Shown one piece after another: positions 11,700 through 24,763 of a DNA stretch of 64,000 nucleotides; position 1 is the stretch's first letter, and the number at the start of each line of letters is the position of its first letter. Source of the DNA: Marsupella aquatica. Its lineage: Eukaryota; Plantae; Marchantiophyta. Where the stretch lies: NCBI GenBank assembly GCA_973895155.1, contig OZ316897.1:21303455-21367454 (forward strand), in the 5' to 3' direction. The notes beneath the pieces were generated by a model. The model was given only the letters and a program-made list of their open reading frames with translations, had not been told where the DNA came from and did no database searches. Made by a program: the position numbers and the translations under genes.

Positions 11700-11992
11700 T
11701 GTTAGAAATTGACTCGAGTTCCTGACTTAGTTTATTTGGCCTTACTAGGGTTAGTTAACCCTAGATTATATTAGGATAAGATCCGCTTTGTTTAGGTCCA
11801 CTCATCTTGGCCCCCTTGGGGGGTATAGGCTGGAGGGAGACCACTCTCTCCCTCATTCTTCACATGTACTCTCATTTGCTATGGAGCCTTCAGGAGTTTC
11901 TCCACTTGGGGTGTCTCGTCGGTGTAGCGTCTGATTGAGTGTCTCTCATGTTTTCGCATTGCTGTCTAGTCCGGAGCTGACGGTTTCTTACA
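11700..11992 (+). repeat. 5' LTR of copia-B
   Basis: TGTTAG...CTTACA. I counted 7 differences from the 3' LTR in 293 bp, all transitions. Confidence 0.95.
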
Positions 11993-11994
11993 AG

Positions 11995-12006
11995 TGGTAT
12001 CAGAGC
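11995..12006 (+). promoter_or_regulatory. Primer binding site, initiator tRNA-Met
   Basis: TGGTATCAGAGC, 2 nt after the LTR. Confidence 0.95.
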
Positions 12007-13634
12007 TTTGTGTTCATGGTTTGGTGGCCTGGGCAGTGGTGAGAGCGTTTGTGTGCTGAATCGGGGTGAAAGATTGAATCGTCAATGACGGTTGCATGAT
12101 CATTTCACTGGTCGTTTTTTGTTGGAGGTTTCGTGTTTGAAAGCGGTGATGGTTTCTCGATTGAAGCTTCATCGTGGAGTGTCGGACGTGTCTCTATTCT
12201 TTGGAGTACTGTCAAGAGGATAGTCCAACAATTACTTGTGCGCATTGGCGAGCACTATATCTTGGCGAAATTTTCAGGATGTTTCGTCATTAGAGTGCAA
12301 AGTAATCTCAATTTGAGTTTGCTCTTTAGAGCTTAACGCTCTTGGCTATGGCTTATGTCACATTTTTGTGGGTCCTGTGGGGTATGTGGGACCGTTTAGC
12401 TTGTTGAATACTTGGATACGGGGAACCGGATTGTTGCCATTTTTCTCATCATTCTTTGTTGTATGAGTTGCCGCACCACACTAATTTGCGGCGGCGCTCA
12501 CGCTCATCGTGCGCGTATATACACTAAAGTGCAAGTACAAGAGGGGGTGACTACAAGTACGAGCTTGTGCATGAGTATTAGGGCAATACGAGGCCAGAGG
12601 GGGTATGAGAGGCCTTGATTAGGCCTGTACCCTATACGCAGGTACAAAGGTACGAGGGGACCCATCATTTCCCAAGTATGGAGGTACTGTGTGCAATAGT
12701 TGCACATAACAGGTACAGTTGTACTTGCAAGTACAACAGTCCATAAAGGGGATAGGAAGCGTAGAGTTTCTTTCCCATGGAGTTTTCATTTGACATCAGA
12801 AAAGAAGGTACTGTAGGTGTGTAGGTGGTACAAAGTACAAAGCATCATTATTTTTTTCCAAAGTGCTTGGAAGGCCCAAATGTGGGGAATTTTCATTTAA
12901 GGAAGGGCAGGTACGCTTGTACCTAAGGCCCAAGCTTGTGTGGCACTAAGGAAGGGCGGGGGAGCACACACGCTCTCTGCCCTTGGAAGCTGTATTTTTG
13001 TACCCAGGCTGTGAAGGGCTAGACAAGGAGGGTCGGAGGGGCAAGGCAGGAAGTTTTTTCTAAAAGAAATTTTTGAGGTTGGGGGGCGGGGACAAATGCT
13101 CGTCCTTAGTAAGTCTCATTGTCTTTTTTAATTTGTTCCTTTCTTTTTCTTTCCGCGATTTCTCTTCCTTCCAAGGCGGACAGGTGTCAACTCCATGTTC
13201 CTTCTGCTGTACATTTTGACTGTACTTTGATTCCCTAGAAAAGATACTTTTCCAGAGAGTTGATTTTTGCCTGAAATTTTCAATTTTGGCGGTCGTCGAG
13301 GCAGAATTTTTCTGCGACACTTTGCAAGGGGATACTCAAGGGAGTTGAGCACGGGCTAGTGAAGTCAATTTGTGCGTTGCTATTGCGGAATTTTTTCAGG
13401 ACCTAAGATACCCGACGGGGGTCAGAACGACCATTTTGACCCACCTTCGGTCCGGGTTGAATAACTTTTTGCTGAAAAAGTTTTTCGTCAAATCATTTTC
13501 AGATCTTGGCAGTGTACCTTGCAGGCTACGCGGCGGTGCATTCCATTTCCATTTTCGCCAACTTTCATTTTTTGGTGAATTTTTGGGTGGAGGTATTTTG
13601 GTTGTGTGTTTCCTGTGTGTTTGTAGCAGCATCA

Positions 13635-14908
13635 ATGACTTCAAGAAAGCTTGCGGCGCCGAAGTTTGAGGTGGAGAAGTTTGACGGGAAGGTCAGCTTC
13701 AGCCTCTGGACTCGAAAGGTGACCAATGTGTTGATCCAGCAAGGTCTTGAGAAGACCCTCACTGGAGTGAAACCCTCAAATCTAACAGATGAGGAGTGGG
13801 AGGACATGTCGGTGCAAGCGTGTAGCACAATTGAGTTGTTCTTGGCAAACAACATTCTCAAGAACGTGTTGGGGATGGATCGGAATGCCAAGAAGATTTG
13901 GGATATGCTTACTAAGATACCAGAGTACTTCGTTGACTACTCGCATTTATCACTTGGAGCGGCTGTTCAGGTTGAAGTTGAAGGATGGTGGCAACATGCG
14001 TGATCACCTCAGTCTCTTCGATGAGATTGTGCACGAGGTGACCACGGCGGGAGACAAGTTGACCGATGAGTATCTTGCGATGCATTTGTTGATGTCGCTT
14101 CCTCAAAGCTATTCGACGTTGGTGACGGTCATCACACATGACAAGTCTACGTTGAAATTGGATGAGGTAAAGGCTACCATTCTTGCAGAATGGGGCAAGC
14201 GACAACTTTCTGGCCGTGACAATGACTCTGCTGCCTTAGTGGTTAGAGGCAGATCGACGGAGCGTACTACAGATCAATCTAGATCTAAATCACACAGTAG
14301 ATCTAAATCTAAGTCCCGTAGTAAGAAAGTTCAGTGTTGGCATTGCCATGAGAAGGGCCACACCAAGTGGAATTGTCCTTCTCTGTCGAAGCGGAAGCAT
14401 CCTGCTTCCAATGGTGCGTCCTCATCGTCAGCTGGTATTGTGATTGCTGACAATGAGGATGCTGCTGAAGTGCTATGTATTGGTGCTGTGAATTCAGTGT
14501 ATGACAATAAATGGATGTTGGATTTGGGTTCCTCTTATCACGTGTGTCCAACGCAATCATATTTCTCCACTTACCAACCTTGTACCGGTACTGTGGAAAT
14601 CAGAAATGGAGTCCGATGTGCAATTGTTGGCATGGGGACTATCAAATTCCGGATGTTTGATGGTGTTGTGCGAGCACTGACGCAAGTCAGACACATACCA
14701 GACATCTCTAAGAATTTGATTTCTCTTGGTGCTTTGGAAGCTGGTGGATCTCATTTCACCGCACGTGATGGTGCGCTCTTTGTCGTCAAAGATGATGTAT
14801 CTTTGATTAAGGCGCTACGGCAGAATAATTTGTACATCTTGGAAGGAGATGTCATTGCTCCTAGAGTGGAGCATGTGGATTCTATGGTGGAACATTCGAA
14901 TGCAACGG
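13635..14908 (+). pseudogene. copia-B gag-protease (frameshifted, interrupted)
   Basis: MTSRKLAAPKFEVEKFDGK, knuckle CWHCHEKGHTKWNC, protease WMLDLGSSYHVC. Frameshift near 13915. The frame is restored across the 14909-18926 insertion. Confidence 0.9.
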
Positions 14909-17900
14909 TGTGACGCCGCCGGTACGGCGGTTAATGAGTGATTCAGTCTAACTGCGCTCGGCACGCGCATTAGGTGGGTCTTAGGCCGCTATTATTAGCA
15001 TAACGACAGTATTTAGGTAATCATTAGGGGTAGGACATCATTAGGCAATAAGTGGGACTTTCAGGTTCGGACTGGCGGCGGGTCGCTATTCGCACAACCG
15101 GGTTACGAGCATGGAAGGGCCCCTCCCTCGGGTCCGTATAACAAACTTAAGGAAGCGGCCACTGACGCACGCTGACTCAGACCGGCGGAGTGGCCGGTAC
15201 ACCACAAGCGTGAGCGGTTCAGCCTATGGGCGTCGAGGAGACGTCGGGGATCGACAAGCCCTCAAAGTATAAAAGGGGAGCCAACCCTTTGTAGTGCACC
15301 AGTCCATCAGTCCGCGCGCTAGCTTCGACCCCAGCTCTCTCGTTCTCTCTAGGTCGCCACTACTATCTCCTCTGAATGTCGCACACGATCCTCTCCAGCT
15401 CGGCCATTCGATTCTAGACGCAGTTCCTATCTACCGGAAGGCACTTGGCCGATTCATTGAAACACGCCAACCCGCGCCGATATGAAATCGAACGCGAATA
15501 CGAGAGAGCCATCCGCCTAGCAGGACGACACCACTACGTCCTTAACTTTGACTACCCGTCTCAGAGTGAGCTTTACTGACCAGCAGAGGTATCTGGGTAC
15601 TTCTTCAACGGAGACAAATATATCGGGTTCTGGGAAGCATTGCTTCGGCTTCCGGACGAGGTCTTCAATATCCCGGGTACAATCGACCTGCAGCGACATC
15701 ACTTCGACCACATCCCTGCCCGGGTTCGGGCTGTCATTAACGGCGAGTCCAGTACCAACCGTTCGACAAGGGCATCCGCACTCGCTTCGAAGAACTTCTA
15801 CCAGCACTTGCAGAGCTTCATGGGAACTCGACCATCAACCAACATGACCAACTCAGCCGTGCCCGTACCCGTACCTATGCCCATGCAACCCCAGCCTCAA
15901 CCTCAGGCTCAGCTTCAGCTTCAGCCTCAGCCACAGCCTAGCCAAACCCCACCACCTATCACCCAGCCAGCATAGGTACGCTCCGTCATCAACGCTGTGG
16001 ATCTTAGCGATGACGACGAGGCTACCCCACCCTTGACCAGGCGGCCCAGAGGAACAAGCGCTCGGGGGGCCGACACTATATCGTCCCCACCCCCTGCTCT
16101 GACCCCAGGAGCGGCCCCAGCAGACAACATGGTGACCGTGGCCACCCCGGGCCCGTTACCAACGGCAGTGGCACTCCCCAGGCCCGATCGGGAGGATGGG
16201 GAAGTATCACCTTCCCCGAGTCAGTCACGGGGAAAGAAGAGGAAGGAATCCGCCACTGCATCCGGGTTACCGTTGGCCACGATAGCCGTAGCCAAGGTGA
16301 CGATGCACCGCATGGGGGAAAACATTCACAGCAATATCCTCCATCCCAAGCATGCGGTGTACCTGAAGACTCTGGGATTTGAGCACCTTACCTCCCTCCC
16401 CTGGAACACTTGCAGGTACTACGGGGAGGACATGACAGAATTCGTCAAGAATTATGACGACGTACGTCAACAGACTCGGCTGCGGGGAAGGAATATGTCC
16501 CTCACAGAAGAACGGCTCAAGATGATCTTTGGGTTACCCGAAGGTGACCATCGAGTCGAATCATGGGCTCCCGGGGGCAAGGGGGCCAAGTACCAATCTT
16601 CAAGTTTTCCCTCAGAGGGAGCAGTAGACAACGGGTTCGTGATGAGGACCTGCCTCATGCCCGAGATAGCTGAGCGGCTGGAGTTCCAAAGGTACGCTCT
16701 CCACATGATGGAACCCCGGGGGGAGATCTCCGCCGCCCAGGTTATCCAGGTCGAGAACTATCGACCTAGGAAATGGGCGTCGTACTTCGCTAAGAAATTC
16801 CATGAAGAGATGGAGCGGCGAAGGAAGACGCTGTACATTGGCGGGAAGGCGTATTTCGCTAGCCACATCGAAATCATTCTTGAGTGGTACGCCCGGTTTG
16901 ATCGACGAACCCTTCCCCGCATCAACGTTACAAAGCTGGTCCCAGCTAGGTGGGTTTTTCCGGCATTGGAGAGACGGCCCCAACCCGAGGCCCGAAGTCC
17001 AGTGGACACACCAGCTTCACCCACCCCACCTCCACAAATAGCTGTAATCGTAACCGAGGAGGTGCCAGAGGGGTCGGTTGTCGCAACCGTTGATGCGACC
17101 CAACTAGCCGGGCTAAGTACAGAAGTTGGTACGGCAGAGGTCTTACCCGAACCCGGGTCTCCCAAGGACCCACTGGTGGCAATTCTAGAGAACCGGACAT
17201 TGCTGCAGGAGGACACTCCAGCCCCTTCCAACGTTATGTCCCTAGGGCTGGACGTCACTGCCCCGGCCCCCGCGCGTGTTGACGTCTGCCCGTGCCCAAA
17301 TCTGGACAGGCACAACTTGGACCACCCGGAACTCTTCGTACAGGGTACGTTTCTGAACGGGCTTCTGGGAGATTTCTCTCATCAAATTGCCCAGGATACC
17401 GGGGAGTTCATGGCCCGGAAGGTAGCCTGTTTCTTCAATCAGGAGTTGGTTGCCGCCGTAAAGGCAGGTCGGGCCCAGTCGGAGGCCCTTCAGAGGATAG
17501 AGCGGTACCGGGTGGAGTCCGTGTACCTAAAGAACGAAGTGGCGGCTCAAGAGGCTGAGCTTCTGCAACTACGACCCAAGGTTGCAGCCGCCGATGAGTT
17601 GTTAGCAAAGGCACACGCTCTTACCGCCCTAGCCGAACAGGCCAAAGCTGGGAACGAGGCCGAGATTACACGACTCCGGAACCAGATTGACAGTTTGAAG
17701 AAACAAGCTGTCACCTGGCAGAAAGACCTGGAGGAGGCCGAGGAGCGAGCCCAGCGGGACACGGCGGAGATAGCCACGCTGCATGCCGAGATGGCGCGAC
17801 TCCAAACCGAGGCCGAGAAGCAGGACCAGCTGGCGGCTAAACTGACGAGCGATGCCCAGCAGCTGGAGGAGGCATGTCAGGAGGCAGCAGAGGAGACGGA

Positions 17901-18926
17901 CGCGGCGAGGCGAGAGAACGAATCTCTGCTGGACCAGGTCCAGCTCCTCAAAGCGGACAATGACAGGCTTCGAAGACAGTGGGATGGTCGTTCCCATTCG
18001 GGCGGCTCTGGCAAGCGTGCCAGGCATTAGCGGCGGAGTAGGAATAGATTAGGATTAGGATTGGCTTAGTCAGGCTCTTGGGACAGGCACCTGCCTTAGG
18101 TATAGCAGCGCTGCCCTGCTGTCCAGCCTGCGTAGATTAGGATCTTCTAATAAGACACAGCCGTTTTCCGGTCTGACTGTCAGCTTAGTTAGGACCTTAG
18201 TCAGCGAATCTTCGGCGAGAGGACACCCCGTCCCTCGGCTCTTAGTATTTAGTGCACCCCTCGGTAGAGGCAGGGGGGGTTTTAGTTTCAGAGTCAGACA
18301 TCCGCGGGATATGCGGGGAGTCCCGACCTCTGGGAATGAAAGAGTACCAAGGGGAGGGGGTAGGACTAAGCTCGTCGGGCGAGTGCGGAGCCGGGCTCCG
18401 TTGTAGTGTGCACCCTCGGCCTTGAACCTGTTCATTCCAGGGCTGTCGGGTCAACTAAGTGTACGCATATGTTCCCTTTGTAGTAAAATCCTTTCCCATC
18501 ATTTTCCTTCGTGTAAATCGAGATTGTATGCATGTGTGCGCATATGTGTGTGGGTTTCTCGTATATGGGTGGCAGCACCAGGCCGAACGCACTACCCGAG
18601 ACGTGCACAGGGTGCAGCCTGCGGGTAAGTGGTTGCGAGCACGGGTTGAGGACCTGTATCATCGAATCCGGATCGAAGGTGGACAGCACGAAGGCTTAGA
18701 AGCCCTTAAGCTGGGGTCGATCCTGCTATCGACTAAGGTACGTTCCGGTGGCGGAACACAAACCATACCTAGGAGGTGTCCATATTTAGCAGTATGCGCA
18801 CTTAGCGCTAGTTTACGAGAATAAGGTGCATTACGTGCTTCCCTTCCTGCCCGAACCCTCAGATTTACGAGGGATGTGCCCATCTAAGCTGAAGTCTGAG
18901 TTAAGGCCGAAGCCTACGACGTGACA
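14909..18926 (+). mobile_element. Probable solo LTR (4018 bp) carrying a long ORF
   Basis: Termini TGTGACG...CGTGACA, flanks AACGG/AACGA (TSD with 1 mismatch). Removing it restores the copia reading frame (NAT-ATFAIES...LWHARLGH). No gag/pol inside. Confidence 0.8.
15376..18030 (+). pseudogene. LTR-encoded accessory protein (plant-transposon-type domain plus coiled coil)
   Basis: ORFs 15640-15975 and 15997-18030 share a frame that extends back to ATG 15376 through three stops (15415, 15577, 15973). TATAAAA lies at ~15268. Core LGFEHLTSLPW...EFVKNYD...LRGRNMSLT...IFGLP resembles the LTR ORF of gypsy-2. Confidence 0.7.
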
Positions 18927-18931
18927 AACGA

Positions 18932-20103
18932 CAACATTTGCTATAGAATCATCTACGGCTGCTTCAATTGAAGCACCCTCAACATCTGGTCGCACACAAG
19001 CCATAGATTTGTGGCATGCACGGTTGGGGCACTTGAGTGGTAAAGGATTGGCAGCCTTGGCAAACAGAGAATTGTTGCAAGGCGCTCAACCTGGTAAACT
19101 CTCTTTTTGTGAAGATTGCATCTTCGGCAAGCAGAGGAGAATGAGTTTCAGTTCTAGTTCATACCATTCTCATGAGATTCTTGAGTATGTACATTCGGAT
19201 GTTTGGGGTCCAGCGTCGGAGCCATCATTGGGTGGAGCCAGATATTTTGTGACGTTTGTAGATGATTACTCTCGAATGTGCTGGTTGTACTACATGAAGG
19301 AGAAGTCTCAAGTCTTTGAGATTTTCAAGGAGTGGAAAGCCATGGTAGAGCTACAAACTGGGAAGGAGTTGAAGTGTGTTTGGTCCGATAACGGTGGCGA
19401 GTATAAGTCCAATGAGTTTGATCAATTTGGTCGGGACCTTGGCCTCAAGCGTCATTACACTGTACCGGAGACCCCGCAGCAGAATGGAGTTGCAGAACGG
19501 TTGAATCGGACATTACTGGAGAAAGCACGCAGCATGCTATGTAAGTCCAAGTTGCCCAATAACTTTTGGGCTGAAGCTGTCAACCAAGCTGCATACGTCT
19601 ACAATTTGTCACCGCATAGTAGTAAGTTGATGCAGACTCCATTTGAGTTGTGGTATAAGAGACCTGCTAATTACTCTAGACTCCGAGTTTTTGGTTGTGC
19701 TGCCTATGTTCACATTGAGCAGACACACAGGTCTAAGTTGGATCCCAAGTCTAAGAAATGTATTTTTCTAGGCTTTAGTCCTGGGCAAAACGGCTATAAA
19801 TTGTGGGATCCTGTCGATTGCAAGGCAGTTGTGAGTAGAAATGTTGTTTTTGATGAAGAATGGTTGTCAAGACCCCAGGATATTCAGGAGGAACAGGTGG
19901 AGGAACCCACTACAGTGGAGCTTGGTGGTGATGAGGAAGCTGCTGGTCCCTCTGGTAGAGGAGCAATTCCTCAACCAAGGCGCTCCACCAGGGCCAATTT
20001 TGGCCAACCCCCTGATAGATTTGGTTTTGCAGATCCTCGTTTTCACGGTGTTAAACATGACGATGATCCCGGTGTTGTTTTGCTTACTGAAGATGGAGAT
20101 CCC
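18932..20103 (+). pseudogene. copia-B integrase segment
   Basis: LWHARLGH, CEDC, HSDVWGP, FVDDYSR, SDNGGEY, QQNGVAER, SKLDPKS. Confidence 0.93.
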
Positions 20104-23100
20104 TATGGTGCGTCCCATGGCTCCCTAAACCCAAGAAACCCCCCAGCTCAAGCCGATTCCCGCAGGTTTCGTGCTTGGCGAGGCCGTTTCCGCGGCTTAG
20201 CGGCATGGGACGCTGCTAACCTTCTACTACTACTATTAACATTTTACACACATATACTGGACAGATCCTTCATCGGGTCATGAGATACGTAGCCGGCCTA
20301 ATATAGGCCTTCCCTTGTCTTCCCCTGTCTTCCCCTCCGTCTTGTTAGGTATGTTTGGATTCCGCCGCCGGAATGATCCCCAATAGGCTTGGTTAAGCCG
20401 CTAAGACCTCTCTCAGCTCGACACATCCAACTATCACTCCCCTGCTTACTTTCCTTCCTTCTGTTGATGTGGGCACTCTTCACACAAATTAATGCGACAC
20501 ACAAATAGCAAAATGACTCATTCTGACTGAGTCATACCATGCACTTGCCATACAAACAGTACATCTCATACACAAGTTCTGCGAACTAAGCCGTGAGGCC
20601 AACTCTATTCAGCTCTTAGGCATGAGGAAACATGAATATACACAAGGGTCACTGTATGACTAACCGAGAGCTTCTCGTACTACTTGATCCCATCCCGGCT
20701 GGTGCAAACTAAAAACTTGCTAAAGAAGAGGCCCTGAGCTCCCCGCTGCCCAGGTACTTATCCTGGTAGTGGATCCGCCATTCTTTGCATCGTAAGCCTA
20801 ATCTACCTGACAGTAATCTACTTGCCCGAATCTACCTATGTACAGCAAGGCAGGAGCACAAGTGTTGCTCCTACCAGTGGGACCGCAATCCCACTAAGCT
20901 AAGTGTCAGGGCCGCTCCTGGTTCTGATCCTAATCCTAAACGTGGAGATCCGCGCCCGCCCTGCCCACTCACGCCTCCTCCCTCCACGTCCGCCCTCCCT
21001 AAAAGGAACGGCGCCCTTGCACCGTCACGACACCGGTGGTGGATCCTCAATGGACGCCCCCAACACTTCCTCCTCAGCCACTGTCGTTGGCCCGCCTACT
21101 GACAGATTACCTGCCCTTGACCGAGTCAACTTTCCATCGGCCTGACTGGGTCCACCTTCGGCTTCAGCCTCGACACCGGCCTCGGCAATACCCACGGCTT
21201 CGGCCTCAGCCACTCCCACGGCTTCGGCTTCAGCCACTCCCTCGGCTTCGGCCTCCCCTTCCCCTAGGGTAGTTGGATCCTTAGCCGTGACCCTGTCTGG
21301 GGTCGGTGCTGGGTCTACCTCCTTGATCACCATGGCCTGTGAAGTCGTATTACTCCTTGACCCTGGAGGTTTCCGCTTCTTCTTCGTTGGTGGCTCGGCA
21401 GCTGGTCCCTTCCCCTTCCCACTTATTTCCGGCACTGGTGCAGTTGACGCGGCTTGTCCTTCGGCAATTACCACCCCTGGTAACTGGTTTGTCCCAACGG
21501 GAGATGGACCTGCTGCAGCTAAGCATTTAAATACTGCGGCTTGTTTCTTCAGCCGCTCTGTTTGGTTGTCGGCCCGCCGCTGTAGGTTCTCCATCTTCCT
21601 TGTGATTTCCTCCAACTCCTCTTGGGTTTCATCCAGGTCCTTACGTGCCCCCTCCAACTCGTTTTTGGCCTCCTCCTGCTCCCTGTGGGCTTCCTCCAAT
21701 TCCTTCTTCAAGGTAGCCCTCTCCTCCTGGGTTGCTCTTAGCTCCTTGTCGAGCTCTTCAATGATGACAGACTCCATCTGGTTCATCTTGGCGTAAGTCT
21801 GTTCGAGCATCTCGTCCTTCTCCCTTAGGTCGGCCTTGAAGCTGGCCGTCAGGGACGCAAGCTCCTGCTGCAGCGCCATAATCCCTTGATAGGATTTCCC
21901 TAACTCGACCTCCTTCTGCTCAAGGGCTCCGCGGATTTTCTCGAGCTCCCCTTTCAACGCCCATTCTTTTCTTTGGGTCTCCGCCATGGCCCGGCTGTTG
22001 GCTGTTATGTGGGCCTCCTCTGTATTCTTCAGCTCTTGCTTCCACTTCTCCCTCTCTTTGATCGTGTCGGCCAACTCTTCCTGCGTCTGAGTCAGTTTAT
22101 CCTTGATATTCTGATTATCAGCCTGCGCGGCGTCCAACTGCCCCTGCATGATGTTCAGCTCATGTCGTTTAATCCGCAGTTCATCTTGGGCTCTCTTGGC
22201 CGCCCTTAGATCTTCAATCTCGGCTTCCATCCTCCTAAGCCGCCGAATGACCTCGTCCTTTTTGCTTCTCTCTAAAGCCACCGCTTCTTCTAATTGGTGC
22301 TTCTCCAACTGCTCCCTATGAAAAAAGGGTCCTACCTCCAACTCCTCTCCAAACATGCCGAGCGCAAGTTCCCCACACATCTCACCATACTCCATGGCTC
22401 TATTCTTAGCGTAGGTGGAGTAAGTAGAAGTGATCGGCATCGCCCATCGTGGCCTCTGCTCCCACGCCGTCCTGCGGATCTCTTCAATCGTGGCTAGAGG
22501 TTTGCTTCCTTTTTTGGCTAGCCGCCTGATGTCCTCCGGCCAATCTCCTCCTGGTAAATCCTTTTCCTTAGCCAGGGCGGCCTCTTCCTCCTGCTTGATT
22601 CGCTCCTGAAATTCCTGCACCGTCTGTTTTATGCCGTCGAAGCTCGGGGGAGCAACATCTGGTGGGGGAGACTCAGGGCTACTCTGCTGGTTGGGGTCCC
22701 CTCGCACTACCCTTGGAAGTGTGGGGACAAACCGGCCACAGGTCCTTACTCCTGGAACGTGATGGTCCGACCCATAGCCGGAATTATCATGGCTGCAGTC
22801 CTCCACTGCCTCCTCTACTTCTTGGACGTCCGGCTTCTCCCTCTCCTCTTCCTCGGTAGGAGCTTTAGGCAATTCTGCCTCAGATTCGGAGCTTGAGGTT
22901 CCCACGTACATTCGAACACCTGGCTTGGATTCCGGCCTGATTCTCTTCTTGTCTCCAGCAAAGGGGTTTTCTCTTGTGAGCCGGTGTAGGCCTACCTCTG
23001 TAGTAGTGTCCTGCATTGTTGCCGTTGCCGTTGTTGTTGCCGATGCCGATTTCTTTTCTTTCTCCAGTAGTTTCAGCAGACTCTGCATGCCTGGTTGCTG

Positions 23101-24763
23101 CATCGGCAAGTCTTCCTTCCTGGGCCTAAACACTTGCTCGATCGTAGGACTAACAGGTGGTTGAGGCTTCTCAGCCAACGGCCTCGGCGTTGGAGCTTCC
23201 TCGGGTGCCCTTACCTGCAGGGGAAGTACCGGGGCAAAAGTCTGACCTCTGGCATACCGGCACAACAGCGGCATGTGATAGCCAAGCCGCGACACGCTTC
23301 CCATGCCGATTACCTGCTGCTCCTCCTTTAAGATCTTCTTCAATTGGTTGAGGAGGTACCCGTTGTAGTCCCGGCTTGGGTCTGGCCTTTCTGCCAGATA
23401 GACCTGTGCTTTGCCGATCTCTGCCCTCGGCAAGTTACAATGCATGGTCACCCGCAAGAAGTCGATCATCTCTCCTATGTGCGGGTTGGTGCAGGTGTTC
23501 CGGAAGAAGCCATTCTTCGTTGATGGCCCGGGGAACGACCGGAACTCCTTGTCAGGCAAGGTCTTCCTGGTATCAACTTTGGTCTTATTGCCTATCGGCA
23601 AGCCAAACACTTCGGCAATTACCTTGGGAGTAAGATAGAAATCCTTCCCATATATCCTCGTGCAATTGGTCTCGGGTTCCCATGACCCCACGAATTCTAA
23701 TAGGTCTGACTCCTATACCTCCGGCTTCAGCCATGGTAATCTTACAAAGGCCTCCAAGCCGGATCCGGCCATGAAGCCTTGGTACTTCTTGGTCTGCATG
23801 GCCGTAAAGCATGCATCCTCCTCCCGTGCAAAATGTAGTTGCACCTCCACCGGTAGGGTTGCCGCCCAGCCCTTCCAGGTGTCATCCCTGGTTGGAATGG
23901 CCTTGATGGGATCGACCTCCTCCTCTTTGGCTTCTCCCTGCCCCTTGCTCTGCTGCTCGGCTGGCTTCTTTGGTGCCGCCGACCTCGTTCTTTTTGCCGG
24001 GGTGGCTTCATCGTTGACGGCCCCCTTCCTCTTCATCTCTGCTGCCGTGGAGGTTTCTCCTAGCACCGTTGCCTGGGTCCACCTTTCCATGCTACCCTTT
24101 AATTCCCAGTGTATGTCGTTGCAGTTCTTGATGGCCTCTCGGATGCCGACGACGCTGTCTTTGCAAAACAGAAGATCGTCGAGTTGATTGGAAGTAGGCG
24201 TCCACAGGAACTCGTCCTTGATGAGTTCGCCTCCTAAGAAAGCCGTCTTGTGCAGCTCCCACAATCGAGTGAGCTCCTGCCGTTCTCGAGCTGCCCTTTC
24301 TGACTCCTCGTCCTCGTAAGTCTTGATGTACTCAGTTGCCCGTTCGAACAGGCATCCCCAGAAATGTGCCGCTTGATTGACGTTGCTCATACCCTCCTTA
24401 GGTCGATCGTCGGTATCTACTCTCTCCCCGAGTGCTTGCCTAAGCAGCTGACAGTAGTTGGCCTCCCGTAGTCGTCTGCCTAGTTCGTGCTCGCAAATGA
24501 GCCACCATCTCCTGCAAGCGCTCCTTACCCCTCTCCTCTGCCGGTCCTTCTTCCCGTTGATCCTTCCTAGCCGCCGACGCTTAACGCGCCCTAACCCTAA
24601 TCGGGTTTTCACCCTCAGCCTTACCTCCGGCCTCTGCCCGGGTTCCATGGTTGCCCCTAATTGTTTATATTTTCCTTGTTTTGTCACTATACTAAGGTGT
24701 TCCTAGGGTGCCTTCCTGCTTTACCCACTTAACCGGCCGAGTGATTCCTGTCTAGGCATCACA
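20104..24763 (-). repeat. 3' LTR of gypsy-2
   Basis: Starts TGTGATGCC after PPT TTAAGTGGGGAGCTA (24764-24778, minus). The terminal CA is mutated to TA in this copy. Confidence 0.93.
21025..24687 (-). pseudogene. LTR-encoded ~1220-aa accessory protein, 3' LTR copy (one premature stop at 23713-23715)
   Basis: ORFs 23713-24687 and 21025-23691 are in frame; the stop reads CCG in the other two LTR copies. Core GLEAFVRLPW...EFVGSW...IYGKDFYLT...VFGLP, then a long coiled coil. True start uncertain. Confidence 0.85.

Noticed and set aside
12520-13516. TACACT...AGTGTA as ends of a TA-flanked DNA transposon in the copia leader
   Set aside because: Only 4 bp of inverted match inside the TA; too little evidence without other copies.
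21287-24187. Plus-strand ORFs opposite the LTR accessory gene (also at 32171-35071)
   Set aside because: They are antisense shadows of a GC-rich, coiled-coil-coding frame with no motifs of their own.
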